The notes beneath the pieces were generated by a model. That model saw nothing but the letters and a program-made list of their open reading frames with translations. It was not told the origin of the DNA and did no database searches. Positions 47,094 through 56,113 of a DNA stretch of 64,000 nucleotides are shown piece after piece (positions within the stretch are counted from its first letter, which is position 1; every line of letters starts with the position of its first letter). This DNA comes from Alphaproteobacteria bacterium (GTDB lineage: Bacteria > Pseudomonadota > Alphaproteobacteria > UBA828). Both the position numbers and the translations under genes were made by a program. The stretch covers positions 32,001-96,000 of the forward strand of contig CBDCRW010000004.1 of assembly GCA_965221125.1 (NCBI GenBank), read 5' to 3'.

Positions 47094-48191
47094 ATGGTCG
47101 AAACCCTCCTGGAGCTTCGCTCCGTCTCGAAGAACTTCGGCGCCGTGCAGGCGTTGAAGGACCTCAGCCTGGAGGTGCCGCGCGGCTCGCTGATCGTGCT
47201 GCTCGGCCCCGCCGGTGCCGGCAAGACCACGACCTTGCGCATCGTCGCCGGGCTCGAGGCGCCGACCTCGGGCGAGGTCTGGGTCGAGGGGCAGAACTTC
47301 ACCAGGCTGCAGCCCAACCGGCGCGACATCGCGATGATCTTCGACAATCTCGCGCTCTATCCCAACAAGACCGGGTACGAGAACGTCGCCTCCCCGCTGC
47401 GGCTCGCCAGGATGCCGAAGGCCGACATCGAGAAGCGGGTCGACGAGATCGCGGGGCTGCTGAAGATCGGCCACATCCTCGACCGCCTGCCCGCCACCTT
47501 CAGCGGCGGCGAGCGGCAGCGCGTGGCCCTCGGCCGCGCCATGGTGCGGGAGCCGCGCTTCTACCTGCTGGACGAGCCGCTCTCGAGCCTCGACTTCATG
47601 CTCCGCATCGAGCTCAGGACCGAGCTGAAGCGCCTGCAGCGCGACCTCGGCCGCACCTTCGTCTTCGCGACGCCTGACTACACCGAGGCGCTGGCGCTGG
47701 CGGACACCGTCTGCGTGCTGCTGGAAGGCGAGGTGCGCCAGATCGCCAAGGCGCAGGAGCTCTACGACGAGCCGGCGGACCGCGACGTGGCCCGCTTCGT
47801 CGGCAACCCCAAGATCAATATCGTGCCCGGCCGCCTCTCGCGCGAGAACGGCGCGGCCCATCTTTCCATCGGCTCGATGAACCTGCCGCTGCCCGATCGC
47901 ATGGAGCACGGCCTGCCGGCGCACATGAGCGAGGTCGAGGTGGGGCTCCGGCCCGAGCACGTCCGGATCGTGGCGTCCTCCTCCGAGGAGACGCACCGCA
48001 CCGGCATCGTCAACGACCTCGAGCCGCTGGGCATGCACACGACGGTCGGCATCGACCTCTCGGGCATCAACCTGGCGCTCACCGTGGCCGGCGTGCAGGA
48101 GTTCAACGACGGCGACCGGGTCGAGGTGCATCTCGATACCGAGACCCTGCTGTTCTTCGACCCCGTCTCAGGGCGGCGCGTCGGAAACTAG
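47094..48191 (+). CDS. ABC ATPase (MalK-like) with degenerate Q- and H-loops
   Basis: GPAGAGKTT, IFDNLALY, FSGGERQR, LLDEPL, FATPDY. Confidence 0.92.
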   Translation: MVETLLELRSVSKNFGAVQALKDLSLEVPRGSLIVLLGPAGAGKTTTLRIVAGLEAPTSGEVWVEGQNFTRLQPNRRDIAMIFDNLALYPNKTGYENVASPLRLARMPKADIEKRVDEIAGLLKIGHILDRLPATFSGGERQRVALGRAMVREPRFYLLDEPLSSLDFMLRIELRTELKRLQRDLGRTFVFATPDYTEALALADTVCVLLEGEVRQIAKAQELYDEPADRDVARFVGNPKINIVPGRLSRENGAAHLSIGSMNLPLPDRMEHGLPAHMSEVEVGLRPEHVRIVASSSEETHRTGIVNDLEPLGMHTTVGIDLSGINLALTVAGVQEFNDGDRVEVHLDTETLLFFDPVSGRRVGN

Positions 48192-48284
48192 CCGGGCCGC
48201 GCGACGGCTTCCCCGTCTCCGGCGCATGGCCGCCGGGTGCGCTGGCCCGTATCATCAGGGTCGCAGACGAGGGAGTGATCCACC

Positions 48285-49136
48285 ATGCCGAAGACCGCAC
48301 GCGCCGAGGCGCCAACACTAAGCGTCGAAGACGAGATCACACAAGCGGCGATCGAGCGCCTGCACGAGGGCGGCGAGGGTCGGCTGCAGGACATCATGAT
48401 CAGCTTGACCCGTCACCTGCACGGCTTCATCCGCGACGTCGAGCCCACGGAGGAAGAGTGGATGGCCGCCATCCGCTTCCTGACCGCAACCGGCAAGAAG
48501 TGCGACGACCAGCGGCAGGAGTTCATCCTGCTCTCGGACACGCTCGGCGCGTCGATGCTGATCGACGCGATCAACAACCGGAAGCCCGAGGGCGCGACCG
48601 AGAGCAGCGTGCTGGGCCCGTTCTATCAGGAGGGCGCGCCGGCCTACGACAATGGCGCGGACCTGGCGGACGAGACGACCGGCGGCGACCCCGTTCTGGT
48701 CTCCGGCAAGGTGGTCGATCTCGACGGCGCGCCGATCCCCGGCGCCGTGCTCGATATCTGGCAGACCGCGCCGGATGCCGTCTACGCGGCCCAGGACCCG
48801 GCCGGGTCGTTCAACCTGTGCGGCCGCATCACCACCGAAGATGACGGGCGCTACTGGTTCCGCACGCGCAAGCCCGTGAGCTACACGGTCCCCGGCGACG
48901 GCCCGGTCGGCGCCATGCTGGATGCCGCCGGCCGCCACAACTGGCGCCCCGCCCATATCCATTTCATGCTCTCGGCGGCGGGATACGAGACGCTGGTGAC
49001 CCAGCTCTTCACCGACGACGATCCTTACCTCGACACCGATGCCGTGTTCGGCGTCAAGGATTCCCTCATCGTCCACTACGAGCCGGGCGAGGACGGGCTC
49101 CGCCTCGACCACGATTTCGTCATGACGGCGGCGTAG
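48285..49136 (+). CDS. Intradiol ring-cleavage dioxygenase (hydroxyquinol 1,2-dioxygenase-like)
   Basis: RQEFILLSDTLGAS, ATESSVLGPFY, DIWQ...Y, YTVPGDGPVG, WRPAHIHF, D.YL.TDAVFGVK. Confidence 0.92.
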   Translation: MPKTARAEAPTLSVEDEITQAAIERLHEGGEGRLQDIMISLTRHLHGFIRDVEPTEEEWMAAIRFLTATGKKCDDQRQEFILLSDTLGASMLIDAINNRKPEGATESSVLGPFYQEGAPAYDNGADLADETTGGDPVLVSGKVVDLDGAPIPGAVLDIWQTAPDAVYAAQDPAGSFNLCGRITTEDDGRYWFRTRKPVSYTVPGDGPVGAMLDAAGRHNWRPAHIHFMLSAAGYETLVTQLFTDDDPYLDTDAVFGVKDSLIVHYEPGEDGLRLDHDFVMTAA

Positions 49137-49470
49137 CGGTGAAGGCAGCCCGTCCCGGTCTCGATTTCGGGCGGCAAACCTGAGAATTCCGGTGTCGATC
49201 GGCTTCGGACAGCCGGTCTTGTGGACGGCCGGCGACTCGACGGTGTCACGTGCGCGTCAACCTGCCGTCGCGCAGTGCCCGCCGCCTGATTCCGTTCGGA
49301 ATCTTCTATCTCTCTGATCAAAAACGACTATTTCCATTGTTCATGCGTTCGCTCAGGCGGCGGCTGGACATGGCGCCGCGTGCTGCCCAAGATAAACCAC
49401 CGCGAGTCGTACCGTCGCGCGGAGACCAACAACGACGCGGTGCGCGGCACCACAAGGTATGGGGAGCGCT

Positions 49471-50877
49471 ATGGGTGATCCTGTCGATGCCTTGACAACA
49501 ATTTTCACCGAATCCTACTACTGGATCACGGTGGTCATGATGTTCCTCATTCACGCCGGGTTCTGCACCTACGAGGTGGGCGCATCCCGGCGCAAGAATG
49601 TTCTCCACACGTTGATGAAGAACACGATGCTGATCCCGTTGGTCACCGTCACGTTCTTCTTCTTCGGTTGGTATGTTTATTTCTCATTTCCCAACGTGCC
49701 GTTCGCATCCGGAGGCTTCACGCCCGCGTCATGGGCCGAGCCCTGGAACGAGGCCATGGGAACGAACATGCAGGATCGCATTAATGGCGTCTTCTGGGCC
49801 GCGTTCCTGCTCTTCTCATGGACAACGGCCTCCATTGTCTCCGGCGCGGTGATCGAGCGTATCAAGACCGGCGCATTCCTTATCTTCGCGGTCCTGATCG
49901 GCTCCTTCACCTGGATCCTCGACGCGGCCTGGGGCTGGCACCCGGGCGGCTGGATGGTCCAGATCCTCGGCTATCACGATGCCTACGCATCCGGTGTGGT
50001 TCACGCCATCGCCGGCGGCTCGGCACTCGCGATCCTCACCGTGCTGGGGCCGCGCATCGGCAAGTTCGGGCCGAACGGGGAAGTGAACGAGATCAAGCCG
50101 CACAACCCCTGGCTGGTCACGGTCGGGCTGTTCCTGATCTTCACCGGCTTCTGGGGCTTCTATGCGGCCTGCAACGTGCCGATCATCGACATCGGCGGCG
50201 AGGCGGGGACCTTCTTCTCGGCAACCAACATCTATCTGATGCCGACGACGCTGTCCGCCATCGTCTTCAACTTCCTGATGTCCTTCTCGGGCGGCCTGAT
50301 GACGGCCTACATCGTCAGCAAGGGCGATCCGTTCTGGACCTACTCTGGCGGCCTCGGCGGCATCATTGCTGCCTCTGCCGGCAACGACCTCTATCACCCG
50401 TTGCAGGCGCTCTTCATCGGTGGGGCCGGCGTGGTGGTCATGATCTTCCTGCACCGTTGGGTCGAGCGGCGATTCAAGATCGACGACGCAGTCGGCGCGG
50501 TCGCCGTCCACGGTTACGCCGGGTTCTTCGGCGTCGTCGTGGCCGGGTTCGTGCTTTGGGGCTATCCGGCCGCCGCACCCATGTTCGGCGACTACGAGGC
50601 CCGCGAGGCGTCGATCGCGCTGTTCACCACCCCGGAGGGTTATCCGCAGATCAATCCGGTGGGTAACATCCTCGGGGCCATCATCATGTTCTGGGTGCTG
50701 GGCTTTATCCCCTGCTACGTCCTCGCCAGGATCCTGCAGTACTTCAACATGCTGCGGGTGCCGCGCGAGGTGGAGCTGGCGGGTCTGGATACGCATCAAC
50801 TCGGCGATGCCTATCCCTACCATGCACACCAGGAAACGGCGTTCGAGAAGATCGAGCGCACCTACGCCAAGGAATAG
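49471..50877 (+). CDS. Amt/Mep/Rh family transporter, divergent subtype
   Basis: HAGFCTYEVG..R.KN, SIVSGAVIER, GVVHAIAG, LGPRIGK, KIDDAVGAVAVHG. Confidence 0.92.
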   Translation: MGDPVDALTTIFTESYYWITVVMMFLIHAGFCTYEVGASRRKNVLHTLMKNTMLIPLVTVTFFFFGWYVYFSFPNVPFASGGFTPASWAEPWNEAMGTNMQDRINGVFWAAFLLFSWTTASIVSGAVIERIKTGAFLIFAVLIGSFTWILDAAWGWHPGGWMVQILGYHDAYASGVVHAIAGGSALAILTVLGPRIGKFGPNGEVNEIKPHNPWLVTVGLFLIFTGFWGFYAACNVPIIDIGGEAGTFFSATNIYLMPTTLSAIVFNFLMSFSGGLMTAYIVSKGDPFWTYSGGLGGIIAASAGNDLYHPLQALFIGGAGVVVMIFLHRWVERRFKIDDAVGAVAVHGYAGFFGVVVAGFVLWGYPAAAPMFGDYEAREASIALFTTPEGYPQINPVGNILGAIIMFWVLGFIPCYVLARILQYFNMLRVPREVELAGLDTHQLGDAYPYHAHQETAFEKIERTYAKE

Positions 50878-50886
50878 GAGGCAAAG

Positions 50887-51144
50887 ATGGCTTCGACCGG
50901 CTTGGACACGTTTGCCAATCCCGCCGACATCGGTGCCATGTATCCTGGTGTGGGCGCCGAAACGGCAATGCTCGGGGTCCTCGTGGCCCTCTGGGTGGGC
51001 TGGCACTTCTTCCAGATCCACCAGGAGGAAAGCGAGTATCGCGAGGCGGTGAAGCTATATCGTGAGGTCGGCATGGAGCGCGCCATGCACCATGCGACCG
51101 GCTCCATCGCGACGGCGGACGAGGTTCAGATCAGCAAGACCTGA
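50887..51144 (+). CDS. Small single-TM protein coupled to amt
   Basis: AGGAGG RBS overlapping the amt stop; IGAMYPGVG.E, TM segment, WVGWH. Confidence 0.8.
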   Translation: MASTGLDTFANPADIGAMYPGVGAETAMLGVLVALWVGWHFFQIHQEESEYREAVKLYREVGMERAMHHATGSIATADEVQISKT

Positions 51145-51169
51145 CCTCTCGCTACCGTCAATCCAGTAC

Positions 51170-51199
51170 GGGGCGGGCCTTCGGGTCCGCCCCTTTTTT
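51170..51199 (+). terminator. Rho-independent terminator
   Basis: GGGGCGGGCC-TTCG-GGTCCGCCCC-TTTTTT. Confidence 0.9.
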
Positions 51200-51214
51200 C
51201 GGCTACTCGGCGCC

Positions 51215-52054
51215 TTACTGCAGGGCCTGCCGCGCATCGGCGATGGCGACGCGGAAATGCTCCAGCGGCAGCGCGCCGCCGATCAGGCGATCGCCGACGA
51301 CGAAGGCCGGCGTCCCGCTGATTCCGAGGGCGCTGGCAAGCGCGGCGTTCCGCTCGATCAGCCCATCCAGCGCCGGGTCTTCCATGTCGCGCGCGAGCTG
51401 CTCGGTATCGAGGCCGACGGATTGCGCGACGGAGAAGATATGGTCGCGGTCGAAGGAGCCCTCCGCTTCCATCAGCGCCCAGTGAAACGCCTCGTAGTTG
51501 CCCTGGCTCCGCGCGGCCAGCGCCGCGTAGGCCGCCATCGTCGATTCCGGACCCAGGATGGGGAACTCCTTGAACACGAGGCGCAGGTCGTCGTTCTCCG
51601 CCAGCAGGGTTTCCACGGTGGGCTTGACGCGCCGGCAGTAGCCGCAGCGATAGTCGAAGAACTCGACCAGCGTGATCGCGCCGTCGGGATTGCCGGCGAC
51701 CGGCGCCTCCGGGTCGGAGAGGAGCTCGTCGCGGTAGAGCTGAATGGCCGCGCTGGCCTGTTCGGCCTCCCGCGCGGCCCGCTTCGCCTGCAGCGCCTGC
51801 TGGGCCTCGATCAGCACCTCCGGGTGCTCGATCAGGTACTCGCGGATGATCTGTCGAATGGCGTCGACCGGCAGGTCGCTGGCCGAAGCGCCGGACGCCT
51901 CGCCGCTGTCGGCGACCTGCGTGGCAGCGCCGGGATCGCACGTGCCGTCTTCGATGCTCTCGGTATCGCAGACGACCTCCGCCTGACCGGGCGCGGCGAC
52001 GGCGAAGGCAAGGGCGAGCGCGAGCCCCGTTGCGGCGAGGGTGCGGGCGAGCAT
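51215..52054 (-). CDS. DsbA family (Com1/ScsC-like) thioredoxin-fold protein
   Basis: IIREYLIEHPEVL, GNPDGAITLVEFFDYRCGYC, FKEFPILG, GISGTPAFVVG. Confidence 0.93.
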   Translation of the reverse strand: MLARTLAATGLALALAFAVAAPGQAEVVCDTESIEDGTCDPGAATQVADSGEASGASASDLPVDAIRQIIREYLIEHPEVLIEAQQALQAKRAAREAEQASAAIQLYRDELLSDPEAPVAGNPDGAITLVEFFDYRCGYCRRVKPTVETLLAENDDLRLVFKEFPILGPESTMAAYAALAARSQGNYEAFHWALMEAEGSFDRDHIFSVAQSVGLDTEQLARDMEDPALDGLIERNAALASALGISGTPAFVVGDRLIGGALPLEHFRVAIADARQALQ

Positions 52055-52125
52055 GTCGTGTCTCCTTGGCGTGGAATGGCTGGAGAGTACCCGCGCGCTG
52101 CCCCCGCCGCCAGCCCGCGGCGCGA

Positions 52126-53001
52126 CTACAGCCGCACGGTGCGGCGGAAACGGAAGCGCAGCGTCGCGAGGACGAGGCCGACGAACACGAGGCCCACGCC
52201 CGCGAGCCGCTGCGGCCCCAGGCTCTCGTCCAGCAGCAGAGCCGTGCTGATGAGGCCCGAGATGGGGATCACCAGGGAGAAGGGCGTCACCAGGTAGGCC
52301 GGATAGCGCCGCAGCAGGTAGCTCCACAGCATGAAGCCGAAGCAGGTGGCGATCAGGCCGAGGAAGAACAGCTCGCCGATGGTCACCCAGCCGATGTCGA
52401 CGAGCGCGGTGAACGCCGCCGCCCCGCCCTCGAAGACGTAGGAGAGCCCGAGCAGCGGCACCACGCCGATCAGGTGCGCCCAGGCGATCAGGCGAAGCAG
52501 GTCGTCGGTGCCGGCGAGCTTGACGATCATGTTGGAGCAGGCCCAGCACACCGACGCTGCGAGCACGAAGCCGAGGCCCGTGATCGTCGGCCCGCCCGGC
52601 AGCGTGAGCCCGATGATCGCGATGCCCGCGCCCGAGACGGCGATCCCCGCGTACTGGGCGCGCCCCGGCCTCTCGCCCAGGATCGCGAAGGCGAAGATCG
52701 TCGTGAAGAAGACTTGCGATTGGAGCAGCAGGGAGCTCAGCCCCGCCGGCATGCCGAACTCCATGCCGAAGATCACCAGTGACATCTGGATCGTGCCCTG
52801 GGTGAGCCCGATCCCTACGGTCCAGTACCAGGCGATGGCCGGCGGGCGGAACAGGATCAGCACCGGCAGCGCGGCGGTGGCGACACGGAGCCCGGCCATC
52901 ATGAGCGGCGGCAGCGCGTCGAGCAGCTCCCGCATGACCACGAAGGAGAAGCCCCAGAGGCCGGTCACGGCGAGAGCGAGCGCGATGTGGGGGAGGGACA
53001 T
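52126..53001 (-). CDS. EamA family exporter
   Basis: LWGFSFVVM, GMPAGLSSLLLQSQVFFT, LLRRYPA..VTPFSLVIP. Confidence 0.9.
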   Translation of the reverse strand: MSLPHIALALAVTGLWGFSFVVMRELLDALPPLMMAGLRVATAALPVLILFRPPAIAWYWTVGIGLTQGTIQMSLVIFGMEFGMPAGLSSLLLQSQVFFTTIFAFAILGERPGRAQYAGIAVSGAGIAIIGLTLPGGPTITGLGFVLAASVCWACSNMIVKLAGTDDLLRLIAWAHLIGVVPLLGLSYVFEGGAAAFTALVDIGWVTIGELFFLGLIATCFGFMLWSYLLRRYPAYLVTPFSLVIPISGLISTALLLDESLGPQRLAGVGLVFVGLVLATLRFRFRRTVRL

Positions 53002-53055
53002 GGAGCAGCTGCGTCGCGGCGGGGCCAGGGGCGGCGCTCTGGCCGCACCAGGCGG

Positions 53056-54051
53056 CTAACCCGGCGCGCTCTCCCCCGGTGCCGCAGGCTCGGGGCGGCG
53101 CTGGATGACGAAGATCACGCCCAGCATGAGGCAGACCAGCGCGAGCCAGACCCAGTGGCTGTGGGTCTCGCCGAAGAACAGGAAACCCCAGCCGATCCCC
53201 GCGAGGGCCACGATGAAGTTCACCGTCGAGAAGAAGACCGGCCCCAGAAAGCGGATCAGCTCGACGAAGAGGTAGATGCCGAGGGTCTGCACGAACGTGG
53301 CCGTGATCAGCGCCCAGTCGCCGGCATCCATCCTGCCGTCGAACCACCACCACCCGTCGGTCAGCGCCACCAGCGCCAGGATGGGGAGCGTGCCGAAGAA
53401 GAAGTAGCCGAAGGCGAAGTGCAGCGATTCGGTCGCCGGCGGGCGCATCAGCGCGGTGGCGAGGCTGGTCGTCGCATAGCCGATCGGCAGCAGCAGCGTG
53501 AGCAGGATCCAGGGCACCAGCTCGCGCGAGGGCAGGCTGGTCTCCGGCACGACCAGCAGGGCGACGCCGACGATGCCGACGCCGAGGCCGAGCACCCGCG
53601 GCCACCAGATTTTTTCCAGCCGGAAGGCGACCGCGCCCGCGTAGGTCAGGATGGGCGCGAGCACCACGAGCATGCTGATGATGCCGGCGGGCACGCCCTC
53701 GCCGCTGACGTAGCCCACCGTGAGGTAGGGCACGCCCTGCCCGCTGATGCCGGCGACCGCGTACGACGCAATGTGTCGCAAGCTGAGCGGCGGCAGGCTC
53801 CCCTGGCCGAGCGAGAGCAGCAGGGCCGCAGCGGCGCCGCCCATGCCCATGAGAAGGACGAAGCTGGTGAACGGGATGCCGTTCGCGATGCCGACGCCGG
53901 TCAGCGAATAGCTCAGCCCGTAGAGAACGCCGGTGAGGAAGAGCAGCGCGACCGCAATCCAGAACCCGGCCGGCCGCGCGGCCCAGCGCCGGGCACGGCC
54001 CGAGCGAACGGCGGAGAAGTCGCTTGAGGAGGATGGCTCCTGGTGTGCCAA
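53056..54051 (-). CDS. DMT family transporter
   Basis: About 10 TM segments; GVPYL, LIRFLGPVFFS; start uncertain (TTG 54051). Confidence 0.82.
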   Translation of the reverse strand: MAHQEPSSSSDFSAVRSGRARRWAARPAGFWIAVALLFLTGVLYGLSYSLTGVGIANGIPFTSFVLLMGMGGAAAALLLSLGQGSLPPLSLRHIASYAVAGISGQGVPYLTVGYVSGEGVPAGIISMLVVLAPILTYAGAVAFRLEKIWWPRVLGLGVGIVGVALLVVPETSLPSRELVPWILLTLLLPIGYATTSLATALMRPPATESLHFAFGYFFFGTLPILALVALTDGWWWFDGRMDAGDWALITATFVQTLGIYLFVELIRFLGPVFFSTVNFIVALAGIGWGFLFFGETHSHWVWLALVCLMLGVIFVIQRRPEPAAPGESAPG

Positions 54052-54089
54052 GGGATGCGGGCCGGACGGCCGGCGCCGCCGCTGGAGCG

Positions 54090-54368
54090 TCAGGCCGGGT
54101 CTTCGCCGTCCCCGCTGGCCTTCTGCCACCGCCTCATCACCGGCCCGATCACCATCTTGAAGATGCCGCCCGCCAGGACGAAGACCGTGACGTAGATGAA
54201 GAGAACGCCGGCAATGCCGTATCCGTCTTCCGCGGGAAGAAGCTCCGCGTTCACCATCAGGAAGGCGGTGACGACACAGAAGATCAGCGCCGCCAGCAGC
54301 GCGGGCCCTTCGCCGGAGCGCCAAAGCCGGCGCAGTCCGCGCATTCGATGGTTGTCCAGAATAGCCAC
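54090..54368 (-). CDS. Small two-TM hypothetical protein
   Basis: Two hydrophobic stretches; co-oriented with neighbours. Confidence 0.6.
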   Translation of the reverse strand: MAILDNHRMRGLRRLWRSGEGPALLAALIFCVVTAFLMVNAELLPAEDGYGIAGVLFIYVTVFVLAGGIFKMVIGPVMRRWQKASGDGEDPA

Positions 54369-54491
54369 GGCCGTTCCCCGTCAGTTATCGCCCGGCATGT
54401 TAGCCGAAGTCGCCCGCCGGGCAAGCCTTTCCTGTCCCCGGAAGGGCGAATAAGCGCCATGTTCCGGGCGATCGAGTCGCCGGAAACACCC

Positions 54492-55547
54492 TCATGCGGA
54501 GAGGCGCGCGTCTGCCGCCTGCTCCAGCAGGCCGGCTCGCGCCGCAAGCTCCATCGCCCGGGGAACTTCCACGGTGAGCGGGCCATCGGGATCCAGCACC
54601 ACGCCCACCCGGTCCGCGGGCCCGAAAGCGATCTCTCGCTCGCCGTCGAGCGCCACCACGCCACGCCGAAGCCGGATGGGGTGGGCCACGCCGGCCTCAA
54701 GGTCGAACACGCGCTCCACCCCGATATCCGCCATCAGCCCCGGCGCCAGCGGGGCCGAGACCATCCGCGCGGCACCCGGCGCAGATCCCAGATCGAGGGC
54801 GACGCCGCCCGCCGCGTCGCGCGAGACCGGGCGCACGAGCCCCGCGATGGAGGAAAGGCCGATGGCGTCGGCCTCGGCGAAGGTCACGAACAGTTGGTCG
54901 AGGGCTTCGGCCCGCCACAGCGCCTTCGCCCCGGTCCACGCCGCTCCGCTCACGCACACGTCGACGAGCGCCATGTCGCGCGGCGCGCCGTTGACCGTGA
55001 TCCGCAACACCTTGTTGCGGCGCGACGCCTCCTCGCGCGGCAGCGCGCCGGTCGCCACCAGCCCGGCCGCGAGGCCCGCGATGGTCGCTTCGCGCATCAT
55101 GGGGAAGACGTTGTTGGTGCCCGTGGAAAGCGAGGTCAGCGGCACGCCGTCGCAGGCCTGGGCGACCAGCCGGTTGGTGCCGTCGCCGCCCAGCACCATG
55201 ATCCCGCCGACGCCGCGCTCCACCATCCGCGCGGTGCCCTCGAGCGTATCGGCCGGCGACTCCTCGATCGGCATGTCGAGAAACGCGACCTCCGGCCACA
55301 CCTGGCCCTCCGGCGGGCCGTGGCCGATGGCGCGCTTCACCCGGTCGGCGATGCCGCTCTCGTCGGGGATCATGTAGCAGGTGCTCACGCCGACCGCGCC
55401 GAGGGCCGAGAAGATGCGCGTGATCATGTTGCGCTTCTCGGCGATCGGGAACACCGATGCCTGGGCGACGAGGCGCCTGATATCGCGGCCGGCGGCCGGG
55501 TTGGCGATGATGCCGACGGACGCGCTGTCTGAGATTTCTCTTGCCAT
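54492..55547 (-). CDS. ATP-NAD kinase-like protein, AcoX type
   Basis: VGIIANPAAGRDIRRLVA, VLGGDGTNR, STGTNNVFP, VALDGERE. Confidence 0.88.
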   Translation of the reverse strand: MAREISDSASVGIIANPAAGRDIRRLVAQASVFPIAEKRNMITRIFSALGAVGVSTCYMIPDESGIADRVKRAIGHGPPEGQVWPEVAFLDMPIEESPADTLEGTARMVERGVGGIMVLGGDGTNRLVAQACDGVPLTSLSTGTNNVFPMMREATIAGLAAGLVATGALPREEASRRNKVLRITVNGAPRDMALVDVCVSGAAWTGAKALWRAEALDQLFVTFAEADAIGLSSIAGLVRPVSRDAAGGVALDLGSAPGAARMVSAPLAPGLMADIGVERVFDLEAGVAHPIRLRRGVVALDGEREIAFGPADRVGVVLDPDGPLTVEVPRAMELAARAGLLEQAADARLSA

Positions 55548-55699
55548 AATCCCTCCGCGAGGGCTTATAGCCCGGCCGGCGGTGCGGCGCTATGTGTCTC
55601 TCGCCATTGCCCAAAGTTGTGACCGTCGCAGCCGCTTCGTGTAGAAACGGCAGGCCATGCGGGGTGAACCGTTCGGCGCACGGAGAAAGTCGAAGCAAC

Positions 55700-56113
55700 A
55701 TGAATCGGCCAGGCCCGGCGAACTTGCGCGTCTACGGCGTGCTGCTGCGCGCAGGCCGGGTGCTGATCGCGGCGGAAGAGGTGGGCGGCCGCGACGTGCT
55801 CAAGCTGCCCGGCGGCGCGGTCGAGGCCGGCGAGACGCCGGAGCAGGCGCTGAAGCGCGAGTTCATGGAGGAGGGGAACCTGAGCATCGAGCCGACCCGC
55901 CTGCTGCACGCGCCGGGCACTCTCTACAGCCACTGGATTCACGGACTCTACACGCCCATGTACTACGCGGTTCAGGGGGACGGCGAGCCGGCGACGCCGG
56001 CGGACGAGCCGGTCGAGCTGCTGTTCATGCGGCCCGAAGAGGCGGTCGCGAGCGGGCGCATGGCCCGGCCGGAGATCGTCGCCATAGACCGCGCGCTGGT
56101 GGCCGCCCGATGA
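55700..56113 (+). CDS. Nudix hydrolase
   Basis: Nudix box GGAVEAGETPEQALKREFMEEGNL. Confidence 0.9.
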   Translation: MNRPGPANLRVYGVLLRAGRVLIAAEEVGGRDVLKLPGGAVEAGETPEQALKREFMEEGNLSIEPTRLLHAPGTLYSHWIHGLYTPMYYAVQGDGEPATPADEPVELLFMRPEEAVASGRMARPEIVAIDRALVAAR

